Source of the DNA: Aliivibrio fischeri | Lineage (GTDB): Bacteria; Pseudomonadota; Gammaproteobacteria; Enterobacterales; Vibrionaceae | Length of the DNA stretch: 32,000 nucleotides | Assembly (NCBI RefSeq): GCF_009727955.1 | Contig: NZ_WOBR01000012.1 | Span: 30,570-62,569, forward strand | Direction: 5' to 3' | Shown here: positions 1 through 10,894 of the stretch, in pieces | Position numbering within the stretch: the stretch's first letter is position 1 | Layout: every line of letters begins with the position of its first letter | Translations under genes and position numbers: made by a program | Notes under the pieces: generated by a model | Databases searched by the model: none | What the model saw: the letters and a program-made list of their open reading frames with translations, nothing else | What the model was told of the DNA's origin: nothing

Positions 1-297
1 AACCGTACCTTTTCCTCTTAAATCTAATTCACTACCGCGACCAAAACGCACCGAAAAAACAGCATGGCCTTTAAATATAGCTAATGGGTCTATTTCCCAT
101 TGAACTTGACCATAATTCATTAGTTGCCATGATAATGAATCAACCTGTCCTTTCCATGGTGTTCCTGAAAGCCCAGTTAACTCTAATCCTCTTACTTTAG
201 GGGCTTGCTCTACAACCCACTGGATTGGAATATGCAATAACGCACTAAAAGTAAAAAAAGTAGAAAATACGGTAGCGATTAATAACTTAAACTTCAT
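1..297 (-). CDS. gspN: Type II secretion system protein N (GspN/EpsN), N-terminal part only; 3' end lies beyond the window
   Basis: Absent from the ORF track because the window edge truncates it. My reverse-complement translation from the ATG at 297-295 reads MKFKLLIATVFSTFFTFSALLHIPIQWVVEQAPKVRGLELTGLSGTPWKGQVDSLSWQ... and stays open to position 1. The start overlaps the gspM stop (ATGA). It is the last gene after gspM, as in gspC-N operons. Confidence 0.7.
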   Translation of the reverse strand, partial: MKFKLLIATVFSTFFTFSALLHIPIQWVVEQAPKVRGLELTGLSGTPWKGQVDSLSWQLMNYGQVQWEIDPLAIFKGHAVFSVRFGRGSELDLRGKGTV

Positions 298-785
298 GAT
301 GCCTCTCGAGTTAATTGAAGACGGTTCACTTCAACCACGCCTTCCACATCAGTTTTATTTAAATCTAAAAATTGTACATTTATTCCTTGAGAATCGCGTA
401 AAAATGCCAACCAATTAACCAAAGAATTAAAAGGCAATGGTTTTACCCACACTTGCATTTGTTCGCCACGGGGCTGCATACGAATCAACTCAATTTTAAA
501 TTGACGAGTACTGCTTGGTATCACCTGATTCATTGGACGAATTGCAGATTGTGAGCTAGAAGATGCCCCACCTCTTAATGTAATGATCGTATCGGCTTTT
601 TTCTGAACCCACGCTAATAAATTACGTTCATTATTAATTCTATTTTGAGCAAGTTCTGCACGGTCATTTAATGGTTTGATCCCCCCCCAGTAAATAACCG
701 CGATCAACAGTGCTACACCACCGCCAGCAACCAATATACGCTCACGTGGAGAGATACTTTGCCACCATGCCATAAATGCTTTCAT
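294..785 (-). CDS. gspM: Type II secretion system protein M (GspM/EpsM)
   Basis: 163 aa with one N-terminal TM segment (RERILVAGGGVALLIAVIYWGGI). Lies between gspL and gspN, with a TAATG junction to gspL. Confidence 0.8.
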   Translation of the reverse strand: MKAFMAWWQSISPRERILVAGGGVALLIAVIYWGGIKPLNDRAELAQNRINNERNLLAWVQKKADTIITLRGGASSSSQSAIRPMNQVIPSSTRQFKIELIRMQPRGEQMQVWVKPLPFNSLVNWLAFLRDSQGINVQFLDLNKTDVEGVVEVNRLQLTREAS

Positions 786-2038
786 TATTGTCTCCTAATG
801 ATAATGGCACCAAAGACTTGGCCGTCATTCTTATTCAATTGACCTTGCTCTACTTCAAATTTAGTTCCTAGCTCTGAAGTCAACTTCTCAAAATATGGGA
901 AATCAGAAGCACTGGCTTGAAGTCGAATTTCATTACGCTTGCCATCAAATTTTAGGCTTTGTAATTTAACTTGAGGAACCTTTGATAAATAAGGTGATAT
1001 TTCTGCCATCCAAGCTAACAAATCATGTCCGCCAGCACCACCTTGTAAACGAGCTTCTTCATTTTTCATCTGAGATTTTAGATAGCTCGCCGTTGGTATT
1101 TTTCGCTTATTAGGAAAAATATCTCGAAAGATACGTTCGCTTTCCGCATGCAAAGCCAAACTATGTTGTTCTAATTTTTGTACTTCAGAAACGTGTTGAG
1201 CAACAAAAGCAACCATAACGAGACCAAGAGACAAAATTACTTTTTGCCATACTCGCCAATGCTTTCTCCATGAAGATTGTGGACGATATGGACCATTTAG
1301 CACGTTTACTTTTGAAGACAACAATCCTTCAGCTAATAATTGCATCACTAACTCAGGGGATTCAAGGCTGACCTTAGTCCCTGCGACTTCCATCTCACAT
1401 TCAGAATAGCTATGAAGAATAAAAGGCATTGGTGATAATTCAGCGTCTTCATCGGTTTCTGAATCTTCATATTTGGTTTCAGCACGATCAACGATACCCG
1501 TCAATAACATGGATACCCATTCAGATTCAGCGACTGCACCTTGGTATTCATGATGACGAATAAGCCATTGCTGATCCAACTGAACCATACTCGCACCATC
1601 ATCATGAAATGGTAAAGCCAATACATCGGGCATAAACCGTTTGGTTTGGATCCCTGCATCGCTCAATTGCTCTAACCACATGGCCATTTTGCTGTGTTCA
1701 ACAATCGCTACTTGAGCGAGCTTGCTGTCTTTTTTCAAAATAACCATATGAAGATCATCAACATCTTGTGCTAAATCATCTTCAATAATAAACGGTAACA
1801 TCGATGAAAACTGACGAGTTGCCCCTTCAGGTATCGCAACTTCACGCAATAACACGTCACTGCTTGGTAAAAGCACAGACACCATGCGTTGCTCACTGTA
1901 TGACGACAACGAAGGTAATTCTTCAGACGAACCTAACTCACCTGAAGCAATCACTTCTTTATTTTCTGGAGACCAGACTATCCATTGAATGGGATCTGAT
2001 GGTTGACTATTCAACCGTATTATCAGATGTTCGCTCAC
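785..2038 (-). CDS. gspL: Type II secretion system protein L (GspL/EpsL)
   Basis: 417 aa. The N-terminus MSEHLIIRLNSQPSDPIQWIVWSPENKEVIASGEL is typical of Vibrio EpsL, and a central TM is present (VILSLGLVMVAFVAQHV). The start codon is GTG at 2038-2036, with GGAGG 8 nt upstream, embedded 32 nt inside the 3' end of gspK. Confidence 0.85.
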   Translation of the reverse strand: MSEHLIIRLNSQPSDPIQWIVWSPENKEVIASGELGSSEELPSLSSYSEQRMVSVLLPSSDVLLREVAIPEGATRQFSSMLPFIIEDDLAQDVDDLHMVILKKDSKLAQVAIVEHSKMAMWLEQLSDAGIQTKRFMPDVLALPFHDDGASMVQLDQQWLIRHHEYQGAVAESEWVSMLLTGIVDRAETKYEDSETDEDAELSPMPFILHSYSECEMEVAGTKVSLESPELVMQLLAEGLLSSKVNVLNGPYRPQSSWRKHWRVWQKVILSLGLVMVAFVAQHVSEVQKLEQHSLALHAESERIFRDIFPNKRKIPTASYLKSQMKNEEARLQGGAGGHDLLAWMAEISPYLSKVPQVKLQSLKFDGKRNEIRLQASASDFPYFEKLTSELGTKFEVEQGQLNKNDGQVFGAIIIRRQ

Positions 2039-3041
2039 TCATTCCTCCATATTGGCGACGGATAACGTTCACCACTTTCTTATCACTGCTATGCAATAAA
2101 GAACGCACACGTACGCGCGAATCTTCTACTAATACTTGAGCATCTAACTCAAAAAACTGACTATCTACGGATAAATAATCTTTTGCTTGTTTACGAACTT
2201 TTTCTTCAACTCGGCTAATTGGTCCTTCAGCAAGAAAATCATCAACCGAGTCCCATCCATCAAATGGACGATCTTCTAATACACTTCTTGCGTCATCTTC
2301 ACTTAAATTTGGGGAAAATAGCGCAACCAATATCTTGGCATTTTCTGGAGCTAAGGTATTTACATTTAAGTACCAATTACCACTTGGTATCGCACAAATT
2401 AGTGGAGATACTTTTTCAACAACTTCCGCTGTAACGCCATTAACGGCACGTAACTCACTGACATCTCCCATCCAACCGTTTGGAGCTAAATATGCAGGTT
2501 TAAACGATTGATAAGTACTGTCTTCAACGCCTGCCATTGAGCGCACAACGTCATCAGGATCTAGATATTCCCATGTGGAGTCAGCAATCACTTCAGCAAG
2601 ATAATTATCTACCTCAACTGACTCTAATAAGTTCATCCATACACTCACCAAAAAAGGGCGTTTGGATGAATCATTACTGGCTTCAACACTGCTTAATGCG
2701 TTTAAGTTAAAGCAAGCTTGTTTGTCTTTTACACCACCATAAGCTTCACCATAATCAAGTGGATAAGTGGTTTCCTCGGTTGCCCACGCTTGGCTTAAAT
2801 TAATTTTATTTCCATCTTTGTAGGCTTCTTCTATTCCGGTTTTTGCTAAGGCTTCAACACCAATAGAGTACCAATACGCTTGCTGATGATTTAACTGATT
2901 CTGAGCTCGATGAAATTGAAGAAATAATCGTTCTGACATTTGGGCTGCAATGGTGGTCATAATGGCTAAAAGCAGCAGTACCACGATCAATGCAACGCCT
3001 TTATTATTTTTAAAATGGGAAATCACGCCTACCTTTCTCAT
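2007..3041 (-). CDS. gspK: Type II secretion minor pseudopilin K (GspK/EpsK)
   Basis: 344 aa. N-terminal hydrophobic helix KGVALIVVLLLLAIMTTIAAQM lacks the Glu+5 residue, as in GspK. TAATG junction with gspJ. Confidence 0.85.
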   Translation of the reverse strand: MRKVGVISHFKNNKGVALIVVLLLLAIMTTIAAQMSERLFLQFHRAQNQLNHQQAYWYSIGVEALAKTGIEEAYKDGNKINLSQAWATEETTYPLDYGEAYGGVKDKQACFNLNALSSVEASNDSSKRPFLVSVWMNLLESVEVDNYLAEVIADSTWEYLDPDDVVRSMAGVEDSTYQSFKPAYLAPNGWMGDVSELRAVNGVTAEVVEKVSPLICAIPSGNWYLNVNTLAPENAKILVALFSPNLSEDDARSVLEDRPFDGWDSVDDFLAEGPISRVEEKVRKQAKDYLSVDSQFFELDAQVLVEDSRVRVRSLLHSSDKKVVNVIRRQYGGMSERTSDNTVE

Positions 3042-3715
3042 TAGCCACGATCCTCTTTTGAATCATCACTATTTTGATTCACGTTATTATCCAGCTTAAA
3101 TCCCGGAGTAAGGTAAACACGCTCAACGTCACCATAATCTTTAAACGTGAGTATCATTTTAATGGCATTGGGTAATTGATTTTTCATTTCCCATTTTTTT
3201 AGCCACTTTTTACCGTCATAAAATTCAAATTTTAGCTCTTCGATACCGTCAATAAGCGGAGTAATTACCGCTTCCTGGCCAACAGGCGTATCTGGGTATC
3301 GCCACCATAATCGCTCTAATTTATTCTCAATAACTCGATAGCCAACTTTAGTAATTTCACCACGAGGAAAAGCTTGCTGTGGATTTTTCCAACCAAGGCG
3401 TACAAACAAAATGGCTTGGAATTCAGAATCAAGGAAATACTCTCCCGATTTCAATAAAGCTTCCGACGCTTTTTCACCACCAGTTCGAAATGGACGAGCG
3501 ACAATTTGTCGAAAATCGTTATCAAGAAAAACCAAACTGCGTTGGAGCTGTTTAATGCGCTCACTTTTTTCTAATGATTGTTCATTACTGCGTTGCACTT
3601 GATTCACCACTTGATACGCGGCAAAACTCAAGGTCGCAAACACAGCAATAGCGACCATCACTTCAATCAGTGTGAAGCCTTTTGAAAAAGGATGAGAAGA
3701 ATTACGGCGCAACAT
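3041..3715 (-). CDS. gspJ: Type II secretion minor pseudopilin J (GspJ/EpsJ)
   Basis: 224 aa with a prepilin leader and cleavage motif (SKG|FTLIEVMVAIAVF). Operon position fits. Confidence 0.85.
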   Translation of the reverse strand: MLRRNSSHPFSKGFTLIEVMVAIAVFATLSFAAYQVVNQVQRSNEQSLEKSERIKQLQRSLVFLDNDFRQIVARPFRTGGEKASEALLKSGEYFLDSEFQAILFVRLGWKNPQQAFPRGEITKVGYRVIENKLERLWWRYPDTPVGQEAVITPLIDGIEELKFEFYDGKKWLKKWEMKNQLPNAIKMILTFKDYGDVERVYLTPGFKLDNNVNQNSDDSKEDRG

Positions 3716-4079
3716 AAGTTCGTACCGTTATTAAAGGGGATTCTTGATCTTTTGTGGTCGACACAGAGACATCCACAGACTTTAAAATATCAGACGTTGT
3801 TTTTACTGGAGCAATTGTCCAATACCATGTTTGCCCTGCCAGCTCAGTCTCTCCCTTCTTCTTCGTTGTCGGTGGTTTATCTAACATCATTAATGCCATT
3901 TGGTTATCCACCACAATGCTTGCAAAGGTTTTTTCTTCTAAATAACTTAATGTATTTATGTGCTGAGTCACCGAGCGCAGCACACTTAGGGCTGCGGTAG
4001 CAAAAATAGCAAGCGCAACTAAGACTTCAAGTAATGTCATGCCTTTATAAGAGGTTCGCTGATATTTCTTATTCCTCAT
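3702..4079 (-). CDS. gspI: Type II secretion minor pseudopilin I (GspI/EpsI)
   Basis: Prepilin motif YKG|MTLLEVLVALAIF. I trimmed the ORF-track TTG start at 4100 to the ATG at 4079 (MRNKKYQ...), which has GAGAGG upstream. Confidence 0.8.
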   Translation of the reverse strand: MRNKKYQRTSYKGMTLLEVLVALAIFATAALSVLRSVTQHINTLSYLEEKTFASIVVDNQMALMMLDKPPTTKKKGETELAGQTWYWTIAPVKTTSDILKSVDVSVSTTKDQESPLITVRTYVAP

Positions 4080-4668
4080 CACGTTCCTCTCCCGGAGCAA
4101 ATAACTTAATCACCCCTGACTCTTCAACGCGAATAAGCCATGACTTATCATCAAGGTTTCCACGAGCACCTTGCGGAGATAAGCGAAACGAAAAAGGAGT
4201 CACTTCACCACTTGAAAGCACCATGACTTGAGGAGGTGTTGGCTTTTTATCTTTTTCGACATCCGCAAACATCTCTTCATCAAATAAAGAGCCCGGCTCA
4301 AATAGTCGCTCATCATCTGCCCAAGCTGAACCACCAAGCGTCATATCAAACTCTAGCGACTCTTCCATTTTCACTTCTGTAAAAAAGCGGCTTTTCTCAA
4401 TTGGCTGCCAGCCATCTACCATTAATTGCATAAAGCGATATTCTTGTCGCTCTTGATTAAAGTAAATGCCGTAATCCATCCCATTGAGCAAAGCATCCTC
4501 ATTAAGGAGTTGAACAAGTTGATAAAAACGTGAGGCTTCTTCTTCCAGTTGGTCTTCCTGATTATCAGGAAGGCTCATGATAACGGCCATCGAACTAAGC
4601 GATAGCAGCACCAATACCAACATTATTTCGATCAGGGTAAACCCAACCTCACGTTTTATTTTCATCAT
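4069..4668 (-). CDS. gspH: Type II secretion minor pseudopilin H (GspH/EpsH)
   Basis: 199 aa with prepilin motif REVG|FTLIEIMLVLVLL. Operon position fits. Confidence 0.85.
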   Translation of the reverse strand: MMKIKREVGFTLIEIMLVLVLLSLSSMAVIMSLPDNQEDQLEEEASRFYQLVQLLNEDALLNGMDYGIYFNQERQEYRFMQLMVDGWQPIEKSRFFTEVKMEESLEFDMTLGGSAWADDERLFEPGSLFDEEMFADVEKDKKPTPPQVMVLSSGEVTPFSFRLSPQGARGNLDDKSWLIRVEESGVIKLFAPGEERDEE

Positions 4669-4687
4669 TGTTCTTATTTATGAAGAC

Positions 4688-5140
4688 TTATTGAAAGTCT
4701 TGCATGTTCCAGTTACCAATATCAGCATTCGCACCTTCACCACCTTCTTGGCCATCTGCGCCTAATGTGAAAATATCGATAGTGCCGTTATCACCAGGGC
4801 TTAGGTATTGGTACTCATTACCCCATGGGTCATTCGGTAAACGACGAATGTAGCCGTCTGCACGGTAATTACGAGGCTCTGGAGTTGCTGTTGGTTTTGA
4901 AACTAACGCATCTAAACCTTGGTCTGTCGTTGGATATACGCTGTTATCTAACTTGTACATATCCAGTGAGTTTTCTAGTGCAACAATATCGGTGATCGCT
5001 TTTTGCTGATCGGCTTTCTCTTTGTTACCAAGTAGATTTGGAACCACTAAGCTCGCTAACACACCAAGAATTACAATCACGACCATTACTTCTAACAGTG
5101 TAAAGCCGCCTTGTTTACGTTGAGCTGAATTGACTTGCAT
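4688..5140 (-). CDS. gspG: Type II secretion major pseudopilin G (GspG/EpsG)
   Basis: 150 aa. QGG|FTLLEVMVVIVILGVLASLVVPNLLGNKEKADQQKA is the highly conserved GspG N-terminus. Confidence 0.95.
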   Translation of the reverse strand: MQVNSAQRKQGGFTLLEVMVVIVILGVLASLVVPNLLGNKEKADQQKAITDIVALENSLDMYKLDNSVYPTTDQGLDALVSKPTATPEPRNYRADGYIRRLPNDPWGNEYQYLSPGDNGTIDIFTLGADGQEGGEGANADIGNWNMQDFQ

Positions 5141-5202
5141 GGAATAACTCCTAACGTTAAAAATTCATATAAGATAAAAGAAAAGGTAGATAGCAGTGAA
5201 TG

Positions 5203-6417
5203 CTACCCAACCAAATTGTTTAATTCGATTATTGGCATCAATGTCGCAACAACAATAAAGAGAACAATGCCTGCCATAAAGACAATCAATAACGGTTCAA
5301 AAATCCCTAGAGCCATATTAACTAAAGATTCAAAATCTCGGTCCTGATTATCCGCAGAACGCGTTAACATTTGCTCTAACTCGCCACTTTGTTCACCACT
5401 GGCAATCATGTGTAACATCATTGGGGGAAACAGTTTCGTTTGTTCAAGAGAGACTCGTAAACTTGCGCCCTCTCGAACATTGTCTGCCGCTTCTAATACT
5501 TGTTGTTTAAAGTAGGTATTACTCATTACATCTGCAGCGACTTTCATACCATCAAGCAGAGGAATCGCACTTGATGTACAAATGGATAATGTACGAGCAA
5601 AACGAGAGGTATTTAACCCTCGAACCACCTTACCAATAACAGGAAGCTGTAAGATTTTTTTATCCCACGCTAAGCGTAAATGTGGTTTTGTAAGTAACCA
5701 CTTCACACCTGCAATAAAAACAATTACAACCACAACAACCAACAACCCCCAATGAACAACAAAGTTACTGGCTGCCAATAAGACCTCAGTAACCGTTGGA
5801 AGTCCTTGTCCCATTTGCACAAATTGATCAACAATTTTGGGAACGACCGTTGCTAGCAAGAATGAAATTACAGCAATGGCAATCAAAGTTAGCATGATCG
5901 GATAAATCATCGCTTGTTGTAATTTACTGCGCATCTTCTGGCGATTTTCAGCGTAATCCGCTAAACGATTTAATACCGTATCCAAATGGCCTGATTTTTC
6001 ACCTGCAGCCACCATTGAGCAAAACAGATCATCAAATACATGAGGATAATCAGCAAAACTCTCAGCAAGAGGGTAACCTTCAATAACCCGCGAACGCACC
6101 CCCATCATCATGCTACGGATATGCGCTTTTTCACCCTGTTCTGCCACTGCTTTTAAACTCTCTTCAAGTGGCATTCCAGCTTGAACTAAGGTGGCCAATT
6201 GACGAGTGATCAATGATAAATCGTTAACACTGATCCCACGTTTAAAACTCAATCCTTGCGATGCACTTTTTTGCTGCTTAGATTTGGTTTCAATGACTTC
6301 GACAGGGATCAGACCTTGCTCTTTTAATCGCTGACGAACTTGGCGGGCGTTATCTCCCTCCATGACGCCTTTTTTCTGTTTCCCTTTTTCTAACGCTTTA
6401 TATTCAAACGCCGCCAT
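5203..6417 (-). CDS. gspF: Type II secretion inner-membrane platform protein F (GspF/EpsF)
   Basis: 404 aa with a duplicated GspF-type cytoplasmic domain plus three TM segments. Lies between gspE and gspG. Confidence 0.92.
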   Translation of the reverse strand: MAAFEYKALEKGKQKKGVMEGDNARQVRQRLKEQGLIPVEVIETKSKQQKSASQGLSFKRGISVNDLSLITRQLATLVQAGMPLEESLKAVAEQGEKAHIRSMMMGVRSRVIEGYPLAESFADYPHVFDDLFCSMVAAGEKSGHLDTVLNRLADYAENRQKMRSKLQQAMIYPIMLTLIAIAVISFLLATVVPKIVDQFVQMGQGLPTVTEVLLAASNFVVHWGLLVVVVVIVFIAGVKWLLTKPHLRLAWDKKILQLPVIGKVVRGLNTSRFARTLSICTSSAIPLLDGMKVAADVMSNTYFKQQVLEAADNVREGASLRVSLEQTKLFPPMMLHMIASGEQSGELEQMLTRSADNQDRDFESLVNMALGIFEPLLIVFMAGIVLFIVVATLMPIIELNNLVG

Positions 6418-7917
6418 CTATCCTTCCCGAGTGACTCGCATCACCTCTTCTAATGTGGTTATTCCTTTTTGCACTTTTAATAAGCCGTCTTGTTGAATAC
6501 TGCGAGTCGACTTTCTTACTTCTTTTTCTATCGCTTGTTCACCCACTTCTTTGTGGATCAACTCTTGTACTTTTTCATTCACCACTAAAAGTTCATGAAT
6601 ACCAGTACGACCACGATAGCCTTTACCATTACAGTGTTCACAACCAATTGGTTTATATAGCGTTAACTCGTCACTTGCCGAAAGAGAGAACAATTTCTTC
6701 TGCTCTTCATCCGCTTGATACGCTTCTTTACATTCACCACACAGAGTTCGAACGAGACGTTGTGCAAGCACCCCAAGCAGTGAAGATGATATTAAGAAAG
6801 GTTCAATGCCCATATCACGAAGACGAGTAATCGCACCTACCGCTGTATTAGTGTGTAGTGTCGACATTACCAAGTGGCCAGTTAATGAAGCTTGAACGGC
6901 AATTTCTGCGGTTTCTAAATCACGGATCTCACCTATCATTACCACATCAGGGTCTTGACGAAGGATGGCACGTAAACCACGGGCAAACGTCATGTCTACT
7001 TTTGGATTTACTTGTGTTTGACCAATGCCATCTATATCAAATTCGATAGGGTCTTCAACGGTTAAAATATTGGATTGAGAGCTGTCTAGTTCACCTAACC
7101 CTGCATACAAGGTGGTTGATTTACCCGAACCTGTTGGGCCAGTAACTAAAATAATGCCATGTGGACGCTTGATAATATGCTGAAAGTTTTTATGGTTTTC
7201 AGCCGACATACCTAAACTGTTTAAATCCAGTCGAGTTGCGTTCTTATCCAACAAACGCATTACCACGCGCTCACCATGTGATGACGGCATAGTTGATACA
7301 CGCACATCAACAGCGCGACCACCAATACGCAGTGAAATACGACCATCTTGCGGGACTCGTTTTTCAGCAATATCCAATTTCGACATCACTTTTACACGAG
7401 ACACCAATAATGGCGCTAACTTACGGCTTGGGCTTAATACATCACGCAGTACACCATCCACACGGAAACGAATCGACAATACTTTCTCAAACGTTTCAAT
7501 ATGAATATCTGATGCACCCTCTTTAATCGCTTCACCTAACATGGCATTGATTAATTTAATGATCGGCGCATCATCTTCTGATTCTAATAAATCATCATTA
7601 TTTGGTAACTCTTCAGCTAATGAAAAGAAATCGTCACTGTCTGCACCGATATCTTCCATTAACTGCTGAGCTTCTGATGAATTACGTTGATATACCTGAG
7701 TTAACTTAGTATCGAACTCATCTTTGGTTAACTGAATTAATGAAAAACTAGATTGGCAAACACGGCGAATCTCACACAGCACCATAGATGAAGGGGGCGA
7801 TACATAGTACAGCACCCATCCATTAACACTTGATTCAATGACTACCGAATGCCTTTTTGCAAATGAAAAAGGCAAACGAAGTACAGCGTTAGATTCAGGA
7901 AATAATGTATCCGCCAT
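6418..7917 (-). CDS. gspE: Type II secretion ATPase E (GspE/EpsE)
   Basis: 499 aa. Walker [10 protein letters not shown], Asp/His boxes, and the tetracysteine motif CGECKEAY...[12 protein letters not shown]. Confidence 0.95.
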   Translation of the reverse strand: MADTLFPESNAVLRLPFSFAKRHSVVIESSVNGWVLYYVSPPSSMVLCEIRRVCQSSFSLIQLTKDEFDTKLTQVYQRNSSEAQQLMEDIGADSDDFFSLAEELPNNDDLLESEDDAPIIKLINAMLGEAIKEGASDIHIETFEKVLSIRFRVDGVLRDVLSPSRKLAPLLVSRVKVMSKLDIAEKRVPQDGRISLRIGGRAVDVRVSTMPSSHGERVVMRLLDKNATRLDLNSLGMSAENHKNFQHIIKRPHGIILVTGPTGSGKSTTLYAGLGELDSSQSNILTVEDPIEFDIDGIGQTQVNPKVDMTFARGLRAILRQDPDVVMIGEIRDLETAEIAVQASLTGHLVMSTLHTNTAVGAITRLRDMGIEPFLISSSLLGVLAQRLVRTLCGECKEAYQADEEQKKLFSLSASDELTLYKPIGCEHCNGKGYRGRTGIHELLVVNEKVQELIHKEVGEQAIEKEVRKSTRSIQQDGLLKVQKGITTLEEVMRVTREG

Positions 7918-9953
7918 TATTTTTCCTTTTTCTCGTTATCATCAAATTGCTCAGAAAACGCTTGAATTTCAGCAGGGTGATTCAGTTCCTTACCAAAGGT
8001 AGGCAATACTGGAATATTCGCATCATCCATCAGTTTTAGGCCTTTTTCTGCGTTATATAACTGTTCTGCTCGAATGTAGTTATATTTACGCTGAGTGATA
8101 CCATCCGCTGTCATTCCATTACGAATAATGGTTGGCTTAATGAATACCATTAGGTTTTTCTTCTCAACCTGAGTACTGGTTGATTTGAATAGATACCCCA
8201 ACACAGGGATGTCACCTAGGAACGGAACTTTTGATTCGCTCTCAAGCGCACGTTCATCAATCAAACCACCGAGTACTAGCATTTGGCCATCTTGCACCAT
8301 TACCGAGGTATTAAGTTGACGTTTTGCAAAACGCACATCCACAGCACCGTTGGCACCTAACACGTTAGATACTTCTTGTTCGATATCTAAACGAACAGAA
8401 TCACCTTCGTTAATTTGCGGTACCACTTTTAGCTTAATACCCACTTCTTTACGATCAACGGTTTGGAATGGATTGTCATTACTTGAGCCTGCGGTTGACC
8501 CTGTTAATACCGGTACTTCTTCACCCACAATGAATGACGCTTCGCCATTATCCATTACCGTAATACTTGGAGATGAAAGAATGTTTGAATTGGAATCGGT
8601 AGATACTGCTGTAACTAATGCCGCCCAATCGCCCATCATAATACTTACCGCCGCACCTTGAACGCCACCAAGAGCACCAGCTAGTGCATCATAGCTACCT
8701 TCTTCGGTTGTGGTTTCATTTCGAACAAATTTACCATTTTCATCGTAAACAGCAGTCGTAGTTGTTGTATCTTTCGCTTCTTCCAAACCAACCATGGTGG
8801 CACCAATTGACGCCCCCGTGTTGCTGTATTGGATCATCGCACCAGTTTCTAGATTACCCCACTGGACGCCTAGATTAACGCCATCACCTTCTGCTAATTC
8901 AACGATTAAAGCCTCAATCAATACTTGAGCACGACGGATATCCAACTGAGCAATCACATCTTTCATTGCACGCATGACATCAGGCGGTGCAGTGATTACT
9001 AGTGAGTTCGTATCAACGTGTGCAGAAATCATCACATCATTGCGATTTTGTGAACTGCTTTTTTGCTTAGAGCCCTTACTTGCCGATAAGTTATCTGACA
9101 CACCTTTTAATACATCAACCAAATCTTCGGCTTTAGCGTAACGTAAATAGATGACCTGGTTATTACCTTTGGTCGCCATCTCAATATCAAGCTGCTTGAT
9201 TAGTTTCTTCAGACGATTACGCACTTTTGGATCACCCGAAATTAAAATCGAGTTAGTACGCTCATCCGCAACCAATTTAGGTTGTAAGAATGCAGGGGTA
9301 TTTTTGGCATCTGTGGTTTTATTTAGAGCATCAACAATGCGCACCATTTCTGCTGCTGATGCATTATCTAACTCCACCACTTCGACTTCTTTATCACCAG
9401 CACGGTCAACACGTTCGATAATCTCAGCTAAACGGTTAACTACCGCCGCACGACCTGTGATCATAATAATATTGGCAGGGTCGTAGTGAACCACGTTACC
9501 TGCACCCGCATTATCATTAAGTTGACGAAGCAAAGGAGAAAGCTCACGAACAGACACATTACGTACAGCGATAACTCTCGTAATCACCGCATCGCCTTTC
9601 ACTTGATCTTTTGCACCAAGAACAGGAACTGCCGATGTTTTTGCATCTTTATCTTTAATGACCTTTAAAATACCTGAATCCATTTCAACCACAGCGTATC
9701 CATATACCTCAAGTACGCTAAGGAAGAATTGGTAGTATTGTTCTTCATTTAATAAATCGTAGCTACGAACATCAACTTTTCCACGAACAGATGGATCAAC
9801 AATGATGGTCTTTTCTAAATTACGACCAACAATATTGATAAATTCTTGAATGTCTGTCCCTTTAAAACTGGCACTAAAGTCATTTGCAATTGCCGATGTC
9901 CACATCATGCTACTTGCAAGTAATAAGGCTCCCTTGCCCATCCACTTTTTCAC
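7917..9953 (-). CDS. gspD: Type II secretion outer-membrane secretin D (GspD/EpsD)
   Basis: 678 aa with a signal peptide, N0-N3 domains and a secretin core ([16 protein letters not shown]). Confidence 0.95.
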   Translation of the reverse strand: MKKWMGKGALLLASSMMWTSAIANDFSASFKGTDIQEFINIVGRNLEKTIIVDPSVRGKVDVRSYDLLNEEQYYQFFLSVLEVYGYAVVEMDSGILKVIKDKDAKTSAVPVLGAKDQVKGDAVITRVIAVRNVSVRELSPLLRQLNDNAGAGNVVHYDPANIIMITGRAAVVNRLAEIIERVDRAGDKEVEVVELDNASAAEMVRIVDALNKTTDAKNTPAFLQPKLVADERTNSILISGDPKVRNRLKKLIKQLDIEMATKGNNQVIYLRYAKAEDLVDVLKGVSDNLSASKGSKQKSSSQNRNDVMISAHVDTNSLVITAPPDVMRAMKDVIAQLDIRRAQVLIEALIVELAEGDGVNLGVQWGNLETGAMIQYSNTGASIGATMVGLEEAKDTTTTTAVYDENGKFVRNETTTEEGSYDALAGALGGVQGAAVSIMMGDWAALVTAVSTDSNSNILSSPSITVMDNGEASFIVGEEVPVLTGSTAGSSNDNPFQTVDRKEVGIKLKVVPQINEGDSVRLDIEQEVSNVLGANGAVDVRFAKRQLNTSVMVQDGQMLVLGGLIDERALESESKVPFLGDIPVLGYLFKSTSTQVEKKNLMVFIKPTIIRNGMTADGITQRKYNYIRAEQLYNAEKGLKLMDDANIPVLPTFGKELNHPAEIQAFSEQFDDNEKKEK

Positions 9954-9985
9954 AATACACCCTTATTCATTCTCATCTTTTCAAG

Positions 9986-10894
9986 CTACAGGCCAACAAA
10001 GATGTCATATAATTGTCCATTACGCAGGACAGTTAAGTTTAATTCCGTCATTTCTGACATATTTTTCCACAATGAGCTCATTGCAGCAGGATCGGTTAAA
10101 TCAACCCCATTTAAACTGGTTGCGATATCACCCGGCTTTAAACCAACAGAATCAAATAATTTACGGTCTTTACCAGGGTTCACTCGATACCCTTTAATTT
10201 TTCCATTATCACTCACCTGTGAAAGGCGAATGTATTTCAAAACAGATTGTGGGTTTTGAGCCATTTCTTTACGGATCTTATCCAACTCATCTTGATTCGA
10301 ATTTTGACGATTATTTCCTAATACGGTTCCCGAACTGCCTGTGATATTTCTTTCAGTAGAAATTTTGGTGTATTCAACACCTTCAAGCATCAGTGTTTCA
10401 TCACGGCCATTGTTAGAGATAATAATGCGATCTGCGCTTATCGCTTTAACACTTGCACGGGTACCATCAATGGTTTCATTAATTCCATACGTATTTTGTT
10501 TACCGCGATTAGCTATCACCGCAAGGCTCAATGAAGGCTCTGAACTAGCAACCACACCTGATAGCGTTAAATTCAAGCGCGTTTTTGGCGCATCTTTCAC
10601 TTCAACCGCTTTTGGCTGATCAACTTTTTTCTCTGCATTAAAACGACCAAACACTTGGCTATTAAGCAGTTCAGAAAGCGAATCTTTACCTTGTTTTCCT
10701 TGAGATACAGCAACCGCCACTGTTTTAGGCGTCCACTTAGATACAGACGTTTGTGGGGCTAACATAGACCAAAAAAGAGAGCCACAAATCCACGCAAACC
10801 AAGCAACGAGGATCACCGTCAAACTCTTTGCTATTGTTGATTGATATATCGACCAATATTGAGAAATCTTCTCTATTTTCATATTAGTTATCAT
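9986..10894 (-). CDS. gspC: Type II secretion protein C (GspC/EpsC) with C-terminal PDZ domain
   Basis: 302 aa with an N-terminal TM (LTVILVAWFAWICGSLFWSML) and a PDZ-like C-terminus (GYRVNPGKDRKLFDSVGLKPGDIATSLNGVDL). First gene of the operon. The start could instead be the ATG at 10882. Confidence 0.85.
   Translation of the reverse strand: MITNMKIEKISQYWSIYQSTIAKSLTVILVAWFAWICGSLFWSMLAPQTSVSKWTPKTVAVAVSQGKQGKDSLSELLNSQVFGRFNAEKKVDQPKAVEVKDAPKTRLNLTLSGVVASSEPSLSLAVIANRGKQNTYGINETIDGTRASVKAISADRIIISNNGRDETLMLEGVEYTKISTERNITGSSGTVLGNNRQNSNQDELDKIRKEMAQNPQSVLKYIRLSQVSDNGKIKGYRVNPGKDRKLFDSVGLKPGDIATSLNGVDLTDPAAMSSLWKNMSEMTELNLTVLRNGQLYDIFVGL

Noticed and set aside
1-10894. Pilin-like gene cluster considered as a type IV pilus or competence system
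   Set aside because: The presence of GspC (PDZ), GspL, GspM, GspN and GspK, five pseudopilins G-K and a GspD-type secretin, in the canonical C-to-N order, identifies it as a T2SS.
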